A stretch of DNA of 64,000 bases, from contig CAXULY010000015.1 of the NCBI GenBank assembly GCA_964252075.1, positions 1-64,000 of the forward strand. The letters run 5' to 3'. Below the pieces are notes generated by a model. That model did not search any database, was not told where the DNA came from, and saw nothing but the letters and a program-made list of their open reading frames with translations. Positions within the stretch are counted from its first letter, which is position 1. Each line of letters starts with the position of its first letter. Below are positions 20,029 to 34,267 of the stretch, one piece after another. The DNA comes from an uncultured Deinococcaceae bacterium (GTDB taxonomy: Bacteria > Deinococcota > Deinococci > Deinococcales > Deinococcaceae). The translations under genes were made by a program, and so were the position numbers.

Positions 20029-21605
20029 ACGCCTTCGCGGGCACGGGCGCCCTCGCGCGATTCATCCTGCGCCGCGAGCGGGTGGCGCTGCCCATATGGG
20101 TGCTGGTCATCACGCTGTTCGTGGTGGGCACCGCGGTGGGCCTCGGGAGCCTGTACGCCACGCCGGACGCGCGCGCCGCCTTCGCCGCGCAGATCAACGC
20201 CACCCTCGGGGAGGTCGCGCTGCTCGGCCCCGTCCACGCCCCGGACCTCGGGGGGCTTGTCGCGTGGCGGGTGGGCACGGGCGGCGCCTTTCTGACCGCC
20301 GTGATGACCCTCCTCACCGTGCTGCGCCACACCCGCGCCGAGGAGGACGGCGGGCGCCGCGAACTGCTGGGCGCCGCGCCCGTCGGGCGGCTCGCGCCCC
20401 TCGCGGCGGTCCTGCTGGTCACGCTGGGCGCGAACCTCGCCTTCGCGCTGCTCGCGACGGTCGGTCTGGTCGCGCAGGGCCTGTCCCTCGCCGGGTCCGC
20501 TCTGCTCACGCTGTCCCTTGCGGGCGTCGGCTGGGTCACGGCGGGTCTCGCGGCGATTGCTGGCCAGCTCGCGGGCAGCACCCGCTCGACGGGCACGCTG
20601 GTGGGGTCGCTGCTGGGGATCTTCTACGCGATCCGTATCATTGGGGACGCGCGGGGCCTCACGTGGCCCGTGTGGGCCTCTCCTTTTGGCTGGGTGAGGG
20701 AGGGGCGCGCCTTCGCGCAGGAGCGCTGGTGGGTGCTCCTGCTCCCATTGCTCCTGACGGCTTTTCTGGTTGGGCTCGCCCTGGCCCTGCAGGCGCGTCG
20801 GGACCTTGGGGCGGCGCTCCTCCCCGCGCGCAGCGGCCGCGCCACCACCGCGCCCGCCCTGCGCTCGCCGCTGGCGCTCGCGTGGCGCCTGCAGGGTGGC
20901 CTGATCCTCGCCTGGGGCGCCGTGTACCTGCTGGTCGGCCTGATGCTCGGCTGGCTCGCCCCTGCGGCGGGCGCGCAGCTTCAGGGCAGTGCCCCCCTCG
21001 TGCAGGCGTTCGGTGGTGCGCGGCCCGGCGACGCGCTCTTCACCATCGGGCTCAGCCTGCTGGGCGGCGAGGGCCTCGCGGTGTACGCGCTGCTCGCCGC
21101 CCTGCGCCCGCACGGCGAGGAAACCAGCGGCCTCGCGGACCCGCTGCTCGCCGCGCCCGTGACGCGCGCCCGCTGGCTGGGCGGCCACCTGCTGATCGCG
21201 CTGCTGGGCTCGGCGGCGGTGCTGGCGGCCTTCGGTCTGGGCGCTGGGCTGGGCTACGGCCTCAGTCTGGGGGACGTGGCGGGGCAACTGCCGCGCCTGC
21301 TGGCCGCCGCGCTCGCCTACGCGCCCGCCGCGTGGGTGCTGGTCGGCCTGGCCGCCCTCCTCACCGGCCTGTGGCCGCGCCTGGGGGCGCTGGCCTGGGT
21401 GGCGCTTGGCGCCTTCCTCGCCATCGACCTGCTGACCGAACTGAGCAGGGTGGGCGCGGCCGTGCAGGACCTTTCGCCCTTCGCGCACGTGCCCCGCCTG
21501 CTCGTCCCGGGGGCGCCGCTCGGCGGCCTCGCGTGGCTCAGCGTGACCGCCGCGCTGCTCCTGTTCCTGGGTGTGCTCGCGTGGCGGCGGCGCGACATCG
21601 GCTGA
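20025..21605 (+). CDS. ABC-2 exporter permease (polyether/antibiotic exporter-like)
   Basis: [15 protein letters not shown], second-half [13 protein letters not shown]-terminal RRRDI; many TM segments. Confidence 0.87.
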   Translation: MNAFAGTGALARFILRRERVALPIWVLVITLFVVGTAVGLGSLYATPDARAAFAAQINATLGEVALLGPVHAPDLGGLVAWRVGTGGAFLTAVMTLLTVLRHTRAEEDGGRRELLGAAPVGRLAPLAAVLLVTLGANLAFALLATVGLVAQGLSLAGSALLTLSLAGVGWVTAGLAAIAGQLAGSTRSTGTLVGSLLGIFYAIRIIGDARGLTWPVWASPFGWVREGRAFAQERWWVLLLPLLLTAFLVGLALALQARRDLGAALLPARSGRATTAPALRSPLALAWRLQGGLILAWGAVYLLVGLMLGWLAPAAGAQLQGSAPLVQAFGGARPGDALFTIGLSLLGGEGLAVYALLAALRPHGEETSGLADPLLAAPVTRARWLGGHLLIALLGSAAVLAAFGLGAGLGYGLSLGDVAGQLPRLLAAALAYAPAAWVLVGLAALLTGLWPRLGALAWVALGAFLAIDLLTELSRVGAAVQDLSPFAHVPRLLVPGAPLGGLAWLSVTAALLLFLGVLAWRRRDIG

Positions 21606-21647
21606 AGACCCACACGCGCGCCCGGCGCGCTGCCCTACAGTGACTTC

Positions 21648-22631
21648 ATGCAGGAGCCGCGCGCCCCCGAAATCCCCACCGACCTGGGCCTGGGCCGCGT
21701 GCTGTCCGACGAGGGCACCGCCCGCTTCGTGAACCGCGACGGCAGCTTCAACGCGGAGCGCCTCCACCTGGGCGGCTGGCAGGCCTTCAACGCCTACGAC
21801 GAACTCATCGCCATGAGCTGGTGGCGCTTCATCGGGCTGCTGCTGGTCTTCTACCTGCTGCTCAACACCGCCTTCGCGCTGCTGTACTTCGCGATCGGGC
21901 CGCGCAACTTCTACGACTTTCCCGGCGGCGCCGCCTCGGGGCGCTTCCTGGACGCGTTCTTCTTCAGCGTGCAGACCTTCGGCACCATCGGGTACGGGCA
22001 CGTCTCCCCGCGCAGCACCACCGCGAACCTGCTCGTGACCGCCGAGGCCTTCGTGACGCTGGCCGGGCAGGCGCTCGCCACGGGCATCATCTTCGCGCGC
22101 TTCTCGCGCCCCGCGCAGCGCATCCTGTTCAGCGACGTGGCGGTCGTCGCGCCGTACTTCGGCGGTGAGGGCCTCATGCTGCGCCTCGTGAACGGGCGCC
22201 GCACGCAGGTGATCGAGCTGGACGTCGAGGTGACGCTGTCGCGCTTCGAGAGCGTGAAGGGACAGCGGGTGCGGCGCTTCTACCCGCTGGACCTCGAGCG
22301 GCGGCGCGTGGCGTTCTTCCCGCTGGGCCTCACCGTCGTGCACCCCGTCACGCACGGCAGCCCCCTGTGGGAGATGACGGAAGCGGACTTCCGCGCCGCC
22401 GACCCGGAACTGCTCGTCACGGTGCGAGGGCAGACCGAGACGACCTTCCAGACCGTTCACGCGCGCCGCAGTTACCGGGGTGAGGAGGTGCGCTGGGCGG
22501 CGCGGTTCGTGAGCATGTACCTCCCGCCGCGTGAGGGCCGCGTCGCCATTGACGTGCGGCGCCTGAGCCTCACCGAACCCGCACCGCTTGAGGACGCGCC
22601 CGTGGTGGGCGCGGCGGCGTCCGGCGCGTGA
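21648..22631 (+). CDS. Inward-rectifier potassium channel (KirBac family)
   Basis: AFFFSVQTFGTIGYG selectivity filter, GIIFARFSRP, ILFSDVAVV and a Kir cytoplasmic domain. Confidence 0.92.
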   Translation: MQEPRAPEIPTDLGLGRVLSDEGTARFVNRDGSFNAERLHLGGWQAFNAYDELIAMSWWRFIGLLLVFYLLLNTAFALLYFAIGPRNFYDFPGGAASGRFLDAFFFSVQTFGTIGYGHVSPRSTTANLLVTAEAFVTLAGQALATGIIFARFSRPAQRILFSDVAVVAPYFGGEGLMLRLVNGRRTQVIELDVEVTLSRFESVKGQRVRRFYPLDLERRRVAFFPLGLTVVHPVTHGSPLWEMTEADFRAADPELLVTVRGQTETTFQTVHARRSYRGEEVRWAARFVSMYLPPREGRVAIDVRRLSLTEPAPLEDAPVVGAAASGA

Positions 22632-23392
22632 AGTTCATCGGGCTGGACCTCGCGTGGTCCTCGAAGAACCTCACCGGGGCCGCCGCGGTGGACGGCGACC
22701 GGGGCGGCGCGCGGCTCGTCGCCTCGCGCCTCCTTGCCACGGACGCGGACATCCTGGCGTTCGTGGACGAACACGCGCCCGTGGGGCCCGCCATCGTCGC
22801 GGTGGACGCGCCCCTCAGCGTGCCGAACGAGGCGGGCAAACGCCCCGCCGAAGCGCAGCTGCCGCCCGTGTTCGGGCGGTACCAGGCGAACGCGCACCCC
22901 GCGAACCGCCAGAACCTCACCCGCTACAACGGCGGCGAGATTCGCGGTGAGGTGCTGAGGGCGGCCCTGGAGGTGCGCGGCTTCGTGGACGACCCGCACC
23001 ATCTGGGTGCGCCAGACGTGCGCGCCGTCGTGGAGGTGTACCCGCACCCCGCGATGGTCGCGCTGTTCGGGCTGGACCGCACCCTGAAGTACAAGAACAA
23101 AGGCCAGGGGCGCGAGGTGCTGCTCGGCGCGTGGCGCGCGTACCACGTGCACCTCGCCGCCCTCACGCGCGCCGAACCCGGGCTGACGGGCCTGGAGGAC
23201 CTGCTCGCCGAGGACCCCGCGGGCCTGCGGGGCGGCGCCCTGAAGGGCCATGAGGACCGCGCGGACGCCGTCATGTGCGCCTACATCGCGCAGTACGCCC
23301 ACCGCTTCCCCGGGCGCTGCGAGGTGTTCGGCAGCGTGCCGGAAGGGTACATCCTCACGCCAACCTTCGAGGCGCGCTGGCGTCAATTGTGA
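22628..23392 (+). CDS. DUF429 domain protein (RNase H-like fold)
   Basis: FIGLDLAW, VAVDAPL, EVYPHPA, DRADAVMCA. Confidence 0.85.
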   Translation: MKFIGLDLAWSSKNLTGAAAVDGDRGGARLVASRLLATDADILAFVDEHAPVGPAIVAVDAPLSVPNEAGKRPAEAQLPPVFGRYQANAHPANRQNLTRYNGGEIRGEVLRAALEVRGFVDDPHHLGAPDVRAVVEVYPHPAMVALFGLDRTLKYKNKGQGREVLLGAWRAYHVHLAALTRAEPGLTGLEDLLAEDPAGLRGGALKGHEDRADAVMCAYIAQYAHRFPGRCEVFGSVPEGYILTPTFEARWRQL

Positions 23393-23438
23393 CGCTGGTG
23401 CGCTTGGTGCGCTCAATGCGCTTGTTACAGTGGCGCGC

Positions 23439-24380
<942 letters not shown>

Positions 24381-24425
24381 GTGTCGGTGGGCGGCCCGCA
24401 GGCCGCCCAGTTGACGGCCCCACCA

Positions 24426-24448
24426 CCGTACCATACCGTATGGTATGG
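24426..24448. promoter_or_regulatory. Candidate TetR operator
   Basis: CCGTACCATAC-C-GTATGGTATGG, an 11-bp inverted repeat with one mismatch, overlapping the start of the DUF3995-tetR pair. Confidence 0.7.
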
Positions 24449-24909
24449 AAACCCAGGGTGTGACCGTGGCGGCCTGTGCGGCGGTGCTGAGCGCCGTCTT
24501 GCTGGCCGCCCTCGCGCTGCTGCACGCGTACTGGGGGACTGGTGGCTTGTGGCCCGCGCGCGACCCCGTCAGCCTCGCGCGCATGGTCGTGGGCGCCGGG
24601 CGTGGGCGGGGCGGTGGCCCACCGCCCGCCTGGGCGTGCTTCGCGGTGGCGGGCCTGCTCACGCTCGCCGCTTGGACGGTCCTCGCGGCGGGCCTCCGGT
24701 GGCCCGGCCTTCCCCTGCCCGGCCTGTGGCGCGCGGGGGCCAGGGCGGTCGCCGGGGTGCTGGCTGCACGCGGCTTGGTGGGGTACCTCGACACGCGACT
24801 GCGGCCCGCCACACTGGGCGCCCCCTTCGCGCGCCTCAACCGCCGGATCTACTCCCCGCTGTGCCTGCTGCTGGCGCTGCTGGCGGCCCTCGCGGTGTGG
24901 CCCCGGTGA
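24445..24909 (+). CDS. DUF3995-like membrane protein
   Basis: LHAYWGTGGLWP and IYSPLCLLL motifs; four hydrophobic segments. Start uncertain. Confidence 0.78.
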   Translation: METQGVTVAACAAVLSAVLLAALALLHAYWGTGGLWPARDPVSLARMVVGAGRGRGGGPPPAWACFAVAGLLTLAAWTVLAAGLRWPGLPLPGLWRAGARAVAGVLAARGLVGYLDTRLRPATLGAPFARLNRRIYSPLCLLLALLAALAVWPR

Positions 24910-25418
24910 GGCTCAGCCGCGCCGACTGGGTGCGCGCTGGACTCACGCACCTCCGCGACCACGGCCCGCAGGCCCTCACCATCGAGCGGCTGTGCGCCGC
25001 GCTTGGTGTGAGCAAGGGCAGCTTCTACCACCACTTCCGGAACCTCGGCGCCTACCACGCGGCCCTGCTGGACCGCTGGGTGCAGGACCACACGCAGGCG
25101 CCCATCGAGCAATCGGCCCTGGCACCAGTCGGGCAGGCGCGTCTGGACCGCCTGGGCGCGCTCGTGCGCGACCTGGACCACGCGCTGGACCTCGCGGTGC
25201 GCCGCTGGTCCTTCGACCTCCCGGAGGTGCGCGCGCGCGTCGCGGAGGTGGACGCCCGCCGCGTGGACGCCCTCACCGCCCTGTACCGCGACCTGGGGGA
25301 CGCGCGGCCCGAGCGGCGCGCGCGCGCCACCTACGCGGGCCTCGTGGGCGCGCAGTTCCTGGGGTGCGTGGAGGACTGGGCGGCGCAGCAGGCGAGCGGG
25401 GACGCGCCCACCCCGTGA
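24906..25418 (+). CDS. TetR/AcrR family regulator
   Basis: LTIERLCAALGVSKGSFYHHF HTH; GTGA overlap with the upstream gene. Confidence 0.9.
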   Translation: MRLSRADWVRAGLTHLRDHGPQALTIERLCAALGVSKGSFYHHFRNLGAYHAALLDRWVQDHTQAPIEQSALAPVGQARLDRLGALVRDLDHALDLAVRRWSFDLPEVRARVAEVDARRVDALTALYRDLGDARPERRARATYAGLVGAQFLGCVEDWAAQQASGDAPTP

Positions 25419-25492
25419 CGAAACTGACGGTGCCCCACGTCCGCCTTTGGAAGGATGCACGGCATGATGCTCGCGCGGTACGACAGGGTGGC

Positions 25493-26419
25493 ATGACGCC
25501 CGCCACAGACACCCCGGCCATCGAAACGCAGGCCCTCAGCAAGCAGTACCGCGGGCGCGCCGTCGTGGACGGCCTGAACCTCACCGTGCGGCGCGGCGAG
25601 GTCTTCGGGTTCCTCGGCCCGAACGGCGCGGGAAAAAGCACCACCGTCAAAATGCTCCTCGGCCTCGTGCGGCCCAGCGGCGGGCGCCTGCGCGTCCTGG
25701 GCGGCAGCGTCCACGACCCCGCGACGCGCCGCCGGGTGGGCTTCCTGCCCGAGCAGTTCCGCTTCCAGACCTGGATGACGGGCCGCGAGTTCCTGACCTT
25801 CCACGGGCGCCTCTCGGGCCTCACGGCGCGCGACGTACAGGCCCGCATTCCTGAGGTGCTGCACCTCGTGGGCCTGGAGGGGCGCGGCGGCGAGAACCTC
25901 AGCGGGTACAGCAAAGGCATGCTGCAGCGCGTGGGGCTCGCGCAGGCCATCTTGCACCGCCCCGAACTGGTGTTCCTCGACGAACCCACGAGCGCGCTCG
26001 ACCCCATCGGGCGCGTGGAGGTGCGCGAGATCATTGAGGGCCTGCGGCGCGAGGGCGTCGCGGTGTTCCTGAACTCGCACCTGCTCTCCGAGGTGGAGGC
26101 CGTCAGCGACCGCGTGGCCTTCGTGAACCGCGGGAAGGTGCTGCGCGCCGGCACGCTGGATGAACTGCTGGGCGGCGCGGACACCTACACGGTGCGCGCC
26201 GACCCCGCCACGCCCGCCCTGCGCATGGCGCTGGGGGCGCTGGGCGCCGTCACGGAAGGCACGGGCGGCGGCCTCACGCTGCGCCTGCACCCCGGGCGGG
26301 AGGTGGCGCAGGTCGCCCCGGCGGTCCTGGGCGCGGGCGCGCACCTGCTGGAACTCACCCCGCACCGCCCGGACCTGGAGACGCTGTTCCTGCAGCTCAT
26401 CGAGGGGGAGAACGCATGA
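25493..26419 (+). CDS. ABC transporter ATP-binding protein
   Basis: GPNGAGKST, YSKGMLQR, FLDEPTSALDP, NSH. Confidence 0.92.
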   Translation: MTPATDTPAIETQALSKQYRGRAVVDGLNLTVRRGEVFGFLGPNGAGKSTTVKMLLGLVRPSGGRLRVLGGSVHDPATRRRVGFLPEQFRFQTWMTGREFLTFHGRLSGLTARDVQARIPEVLHLVGLEGRGGENLSGYSKGMLQRVGLAQAILHRPELVFLDEPTSALDPIGRVEVREIIEGLRREGVAVFLNSHLLSEVEAVSDRVAFVNRGKVLRAGTLDELLGGADTYTVRADPATPALRMALGALGAVTEGTGGGLTLRLHPGREVAQVAPAVLGAGAHLLELTPHRPDLETLFLQLIEGENA

Positions 26420-27282
26420 GGAATGTCCTGCTGGTCGCGGAACTCACCCTGCGGGAGGCCGCCCGCAAGCGCCTCGTCGTGACGCTCCTGATCCTCACGG
26501 CGCTGTTCGTGGGGTTCTACCTGTACGGCGTGCACCTGCTGCAGGTGCAGCTTACGAACCGCGCGAGCGACCTGGGCTTCGACCGCCCGCTGCGCAGCGC
26601 GAGCTACACCTACGCCACCACCGCGCTGTTCGGCATGTACCTCGTGAACTTCCTGGCGTCCCTGATGGCGGTGCTGTCCACCGTGGGGTCCGTCAGTGGT
26701 GACATCGAGAGCGGCGTCATGCAGTCCGTCGCGTACAAGCCCGTGCGGCGCGCGGAACTCGTCGCGGGCCGCTGGCTGGGCTTCGCGGTCGTGAACGCCG
26801 CGTACATCGTGCTGCTGTCCGTGACGCTGCTCATCGGCTTCAACCTCATCACGGGGTACACGCCGCCCGGCCCGGCGCCCGCCATCGGCCTCATGCTGCT
26901 CGGCATGCTGCTGCTCCTGACCCTCACGGTGCTGGGCAGTACGGTGTTCAGCACCCTCGCGAACGGCATCGGGGTGTTCCTGCTGTACGGCGTGGGCTTC
27001 GCGGGCGGCATCATGCAGTCCATCGGGAGCTTCACGAACACGCCGCTCCTCACGCGCCTCGCCGGGTACACGACCGTCATCATGCCCGCCGACAGCCTCT
27101 GGAAGGGTGCCAGTTACCACCTGCAGACGGAGCAGCTGCTGAGCTTCCAGCGCTTCCAGAACGGCGCGAACCCCTTCCTGGGCACGGAGCCCATCAGCAC
27201 GGGCCTGCTGGTGTGGGCGGCCGTGTACGTCGCCCTCGCGCTCGGCGCGGCCCTCTGGAGCTTCTCCCGCCGCGACCTGTGA
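26416..27282 (+). CDS. ABC-2 type permease
   Basis: About six TM segments, DIESG..KPVRR motif, C-terminal FSRRDL; ATGA overlap. Confidence 0.88.
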   Translation: MRNVLLVAELTLREAARKRLVVTLLILTALFVGFYLYGVHLLQVQLTNRASDLGFDRPLRSASYTYATTALFGMYLVNFLASLMAVLSTVGSVSGDIESGVMQSVAYKPVRRAELVAGRWLGFAVVNAAYIVLLSVTLLIGFNLITGYTPPGPAPAIGLMLLGMLLLLTLTVLGSTVFSTLANGIGVFLLYGVGFAGGIMQSIGSFTNTPLLTRLAGYTTVIMPADSLWKGASYHLQTEQLLSFQRFQNGANPFLGTEPISTGLLVWAAVYVALALGAALWSFSRRDL

Positions 27283-27287
27283 GGCGC

Positions 27288-27329
27288 CAGCAGCAGGGGC
27301 AGGACGCGCGCGTCCTGCCCCTGCTGCTG
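27288..27329. terminator. Perfect 42-bp palindrome between convergent genes (bidirectional terminator-like)
   Basis: CAGCAGCAGGGGCAGGACGCG / CGCGTCCTGCCCCTGCTGCTG. Confidence 0.65.
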
Positions 27330-27334
27330 CTTCC

Positions 27335-28039
27335 TTACTTGTCGAGCGGGTCGGGGTGCTCGGTGCTCAGCTGACCCTCGCGCAACTCCGCCTCATGAAC
27401 GGGGTTGCGCTGGCGGTCCTCCTGCACCTGCGCGGGGCGGTCCACCGTGTACGGCGGGTCCGCGCGCTCGTTGCCTTCCTGCAGCTTCTCCTGCACGTCC
27501 GGCGCGCTGGCGGGCTCGGCGTGCTCACCGGGGTCACCATGGTCGGTGGACAGGCCCGGCGTGCTGGCGTCCGGCGCGGAGCGGTCCGGGTCGGCGCTCA
27601 TGCTGGCCGCGCGGTTCCCCATCACGTCGGGCGCCACCGGGACGTGCGCCGCGGTGGGTGGGACGGCGTGCGTGGGCGTGGCGTGCAGGGGCGTGCTGGC
27701 GGGCGCGTGGCTGGGCGTGACCACCAGCGTGTTCGGGCCGCTCGGCGTGACCGTCATGCCGCCCGTCACGGTCGGCACGGGGCGGCTGAGTTCCGCAATG
27801 AGCGCCTCGCGGCTGCGGATCTCATCGTCCACGCGCCGGATCTCCACCTGAATCTGCGCGAGCACCCCCACGTCCGCGCCGCCGTGGTACGCGCGGCCCA
27901 GACGCCCGAACAGCAGGTCCTGCTCGCGGTTCAGGTTGAAGATCTCCAGGCGCAGCCGGGTGGTCTGGTACGCTTCCTCGCCGCGCACGCGGGCGCGCTC
28001 CACCCCGCGCCGCACGCTGCTGAAAACATTGTCGAGCAT
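27335..28039 (-). CDS. Hypothetical protein (N-terminal coiled coil, disordered tail)
   Basis: GGAGG RBS; starts 18 nt after the hflX stop; helical N-terminal ~85 aa then P/A/T/D-rich sequence. Confidence 0.7.
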   Translation of the reverse strand: MLDNVFSSVRRGVERARVRGEEAYQTTRLRLEIFNLNREQDLLFGRLGRAYHGGADVGVLAQIQVEIRRVDDEIRSREALIAELSRPVPTVTGGMTVTPSGPNTLVVTPSHAPASTPLHATPTHAVPPTAAHVPVAPDVMGNRAASMSADPDRSAPDASTPGLSTDHGDPGEHAEPASAPDVQEKLQEGNERADPPYTVDRPAQVQEDRQRNPVHEAELREGQLSTEHPDPLDK

Positions 28040-28057
28040 CGCTGAACCTCCTATCCC

Positions 28058-29770
<1,713 letters not shown>

Positions 29771-29913
29771 GTGCGTGTCCTCCGCAGAGAATGGGGTGTG
29801 TTCATTTCACCCCAGGGGCGATGTGTCTGGAAACGTCTTTCCAGCCTACGCCGTCCGGCCCATTTCCGCCGTGAACTGGCTTAGGGTTGGGGCGCAGCAC
29901 GTACACTCAGGTC

Positions 29914-30258
29914 ATGACGCACGGCCACTCCATCCTGATTGCCTCGCAGGCGGGCCTCGCGGTGCACCGCGTGCAGGACATTCCTGACGTGCTGGGCGCC
30001 GTGTTCGGCTCGGACGGCCTGCTGCTCACCGAGGACGACCTGTCCCCCGCGGTCTTCGACCTGCGCAGCGGCATCGCGGGCGAACTGTTCCAGAAGCTCG
30101 TGAATTACCGCGTGCGCACGGCGCTCGTGCTGCGCGACCCGCAGGCGCACGGCGCGCGCTTCGCGGAACTGGCGTACGAGCACGCCACGCACCCCACCAT
30201 CCGCTTCTTCACGGACCGCGCGCGGGCCCTGGCGTGGCTGGAGGGCTCGGGGGCATAA
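29914..30258 (+). CDS. DUF4180 domain protein
   Basis: FDLRSGIAGELFQKLVNY motif; TACACT 6 nt before ATG. Confidence 0.85.
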   Translation: MTHGHSILIASQAGLAVHRVQDIPDVLGAVFGSDGLLLTEDDLSPAVFDLRSGIAGELFQKLVNYRVRTALVLRDPQAHGARFAELAYEHATHPTIRFFTDRARALAWLEGSGA

Positions 30259-30263
30259 GGCGA

Positions 30264-30288
30264 GGGCCGGATGCGCTGCATCCGGCCC
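30264..30288. terminator. Hairpin between the convergent DUF4180 gene and tRNA
   Basis: GGGCCGGATGC-GCT-GCATCCGGCCC. Confidence 0.55.
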
Positions 30289-30291
30289 GCT

Positions 30292-30383
<92 letters not shown>

Positions 30384-30455
30384 GGATGGGCAACGCGGAG
30401 TGTAGCACGCTGCGCCCGCGGCGGGCAAGGCAGAAGGCGCTACAGTGGGCTTCGC

Positions 30456-31982
30456 ATGGACTCCGCCTCCCGTCCCCGCTCCGCCCTGCGCAACACCCTG
30501 GTCGTGATGGCCGGGACGCTCGGCTCGCGCCTCACGGGCATCGCCCGGCAGCTGGTCATCAACACCTTCGACAACCACATCCTGGACGCCTTCAACGCGG
30601 CGGCCAAAGTCCCGAACCTGTTCCGCGAGCTGCTGGCGGAGGGCGCGCTCGTGAACTCCTTCATTCCGGTGTACAAGAGCCTGCCCGCCGCGGAGCGCCG
30701 GGATTTCGCGCGGGCCTTCGCGGGCGCGCTTCTCGTGATCAACCTGCTGCTGGTGGGCCTCGGCATCCTGCTCGCGCCGTGGCTCGTCACGCACGTGCTG
30801 CTCGCGAACGACTCCAACACCGACCCCGCGCTCGCCGTTTACCTCACGCGGCTGATCATGCCGTTCCTGCTGCTCATCAGCATGGCGGCCATCGCGATGG
30901 GCCTCCTGAACGCCGACGAGCACTTCCGCGAGTCGAGTTTCGCGCCCATCGCCTTCAACATCGTGTCCGTCATCCTGCTGGTGGTGTTCCCGAAGGCGGC
31001 GCTGTGGCTGGGCATCGGGTGGCTGGCGGGCGGCCTCGCGCAGCTGCTGGTGCAGCTGCCCGCCCTGCGCCGCCACGGACTGCTGCCACTGCCGCGGCTG
31101 GGCGGGCACCCGCAGCTGGGGCGGGTGCTGCTCCTCATGGCGCCCTTCGCGCTCACCACGTCCAGCCGGCAGTTCCTGAACATCCTCGTGACGCGCCTCC
31201 TCACGAACCAGAGCCTCTTCAGCGCGGGCACCCTCACCGGGTACGCGAACGCGGAGTCGCTGTTCACCATGGCGAACGGCCTGTTCGTGGTGTCGCCCGC
31301 CCTCGCGATGTTCCCGCGCTTCACGCAACTCCACGCGGACGGCGACACGGACGGGTTCCGGCGCCTCACCATGAGCGCCCTGCGCACCGTGACCTTCCTC
31401 GCAGCGCCCGTGAGCGCCCTGCTGGCGGTGCTCGCACCGTGGGCGGTCAGCATCTACGCGGTGAGCGCGAACTTCCCGCACGACCGCTTCGTGGCGGGCA
31501 GCCAGATCCTCACGGCGTGGTCGGTGGCGCTCGTGCCGTGGGCGATCAACACCATCTTGCTGCGCACCTTCTACGCCCGCGAGCGCACCCTGGAGGCCGT
31601 CGCGATCAGCGCCGTGTCCTTCGCGTGCGAGGTCGGGCTGTACTACCTCTTCATTCCGCAGGTGGGCCTGTACGGCCTGGGCCTCGCCACCACCCTCATG
31701 GGGTGCCTCACCGCCGCCGCGCTGATCTCCCTGTACCGCCGCCAGCTGGGCTTCCCACTGCGCGAGCTGTTCGCGCACCTGGGCCGCGTGCTGCCGCTCG
31801 CGCTGGTGGCGGGCGCCCTCGCGTGGGTCATCGCGCGCGTGCTGCCCGCCCCGGGGCACCTGTGGAGCGGCGTGCTGGGCCTCGTGCTGGCGGGCGGCGC
31901 GGGCCTCCTGGCGTATCTGGGCCTCGCCATGGTGCTGCGCCTGCCGGAGCTGAGCGGCGTCCTGCGCCGCCTCAAGCGCTGA
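30456..31982 (+). CDS. murJ: Lipid II flippase MurJ (MviN)
   Basis: GTLGSRLTGIAR, DAFNAAAKVPNLFRELLAEGALVNSFIPVY, RTFYARERT. Confidence 0.93.
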   Translation: MDSASRPRSALRNTLVVMAGTLGSRLTGIARQLVINTFDNHILDAFNAAAKVPNLFRELLAEGALVNSFIPVYKSLPAAERRDFARAFAGALLVINLLLVGLGILLAPWLVTHVLLANDSNTDPALAVYLTRLIMPFLLLISMAAIAMGLLNADEHFRESSFAPIAFNIVSVILLVVFPKAALWLGIGWLAGGLAQLLVQLPALRRHGLLPLPRLGGHPQLGRVLLLMAPFALTTSSRQFLNILVTRLLTNQSLFSAGTLTGYANAESLFTMANGLFVVSPALAMFPRFTQLHADGDTDGFRRLTMSALRTVTFLAAPVSALLAVLAPWAVSIYAVSANFPHDRFVAGSQILTAWSVALVPWAINTILLRTFYARERTLEAVAISAVSFACEVGLYYLFIPQVGLYGLGLATTLMGCLTAAALISLYRRQLGFPLRELFAHLGRVLPLALVAGALAWVIARVLPAPGHLWSGVLGLVLAGGAGLLAYLGLAMVLRLPELSGVLRRLKR

Positions 31983-32036
31983 GGGTCGCCCCTCGCCCCA
32001 TCTGCCCGTCAGCTGGCCGCTCTAAGCTGCCCCCAG

Positions 32037-32384
32037 ATGCCCCCGCACCACGCGCGCCCGGCCACCACCCGTTGGGGGCTGGCGCTGCTGTGCCTGCTCG
32101 CGGCCTTCGCGTACCTCACGCGCGACCCCGCGCCCGCCACGTGCGGCATGCCCGGCATGATGATGGCGGGCGGGCATATGCACGGGGACGCCCCCACGTC
32201 CCCACACGAGCACGGCGCGCACTGCCCCTTCTGCTTCACGGCGGCCTTCGCGCTCACCCCGCCGGACGCCACCGCGCCGCGGCGGGCTGACGGCCGGGCG
32301 GCAGGTTCCCCCGAGGCGCGCGCACTGGGGCGCCCGGCGTCCGCGCTGCACGTTCAGGCGCGCGGGCCGCCCCCACTGGGGTGA
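32037..32384 (+). CDS. DUF2946-like small protein (N-terminal TM, His/Met-rich, CxxC, C-terminal ARGPP); candidate copper-responsive leader
   Basis: WGLALLCLLAAFAYL; GMMMAGGHMH..HEHGAHCPFC; ends QARGPPPLG*; directly upstream of copC. Confidence 0.8.
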   Translation: MPPHHARPATTRWGLALLCLLAAFAYLTRDPAPATCGMPGMMMAGGHMHGDAPTSPHEHGAHCPFCFTAAFALTPPDATAPRRADGRAAGSPEARALGRPASALHVQARGPPPLG

Positions 32385-32443
32385 CCGCCCTGCGCCCCCA
32401 CCTCCATTCACCCGCCGCCCTCCGGGCGGCCAGGGGAGACCGT

Positions 32444-32878
32444 ATGACCACCCGAGTGCACTCCAGACTGTTGCTGACCGCGCTGGCCCTCACGGGCTCG
32501 GCGCTCGCGCACGCCGAACTTACCGCCGCCGTCCCCGCCGAGAACAGCACCGTCACCGCGCCCAGGGCGGTGGACCTCACCTTCGGGGAGGGCGTCGAAC
32601 TGCGCTTCTCGACCTTCAAGGTGTACCCCCTGAACACCTCGGGGAGCGCGCAGGTCCTGAACCGCGCGGCGGACGCCCTGATGGCCCGCGTGATCGGCGT
32701 CAAGGGTGACGTCGCGGCGCGCGCCGACCTGGGCACGAAACCCCCGGTGGGCGCCGCCACGCGCGTCCACCTGACCCTCAAGCCGAAGCTCGCGCCCGGC
32801 ACGTACGTCGTGATGTGGAAGGTGCTGTCCGTGGACACGCACGCCAGCAGCGGCCGGTACCTCTTCACCGTGAAGTGA
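32444..32878 (+). CDS. copC: Periplasmic copper-binding protein CopC
   Basis: Signal peptide ending ALA-HAEL (His1), [32 protein letters not shown]. Confidence 0.88.
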   Translation: MTTRVHSRLLLTALALTGSALAHAELTAAVPAENSTVTAPRAVDLTFGEGVELRFSTFKVYPLNTSGSAQVLNRAADALMARVIGVKGDVAARADLGTKPPVGAATRVHLTLKPKLAPGTYVVMWKVLSVDTHASSGRYLFTVK

Positions 32879-32885
32879 GCGCGGC

Positions 32886-32925
32886 GCGCCGAGGGGCGGC
32901 CCACGCGTGGGCCGCCCCTCGGCGC
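32886..32925. terminator. Perfect 40-bp palindrome after copC
   Basis: GCGCCGAGGGGCGGCCCACG / CGTGGGCCGCCCCTCGGCGC. Confidence 0.55.
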
Positions 32926-32982
32926 TGTTCCCGCGCCACACATTCATCTGCCCGCAGGGGCGGTTTCACTACAATGCGCCGT

Positions 32983-34233
<1,251 letters not shown>

Positions 34234-34267
34234 AGGTGCGGGTGGGCGCCCTGCGGCGCCCACCCCT

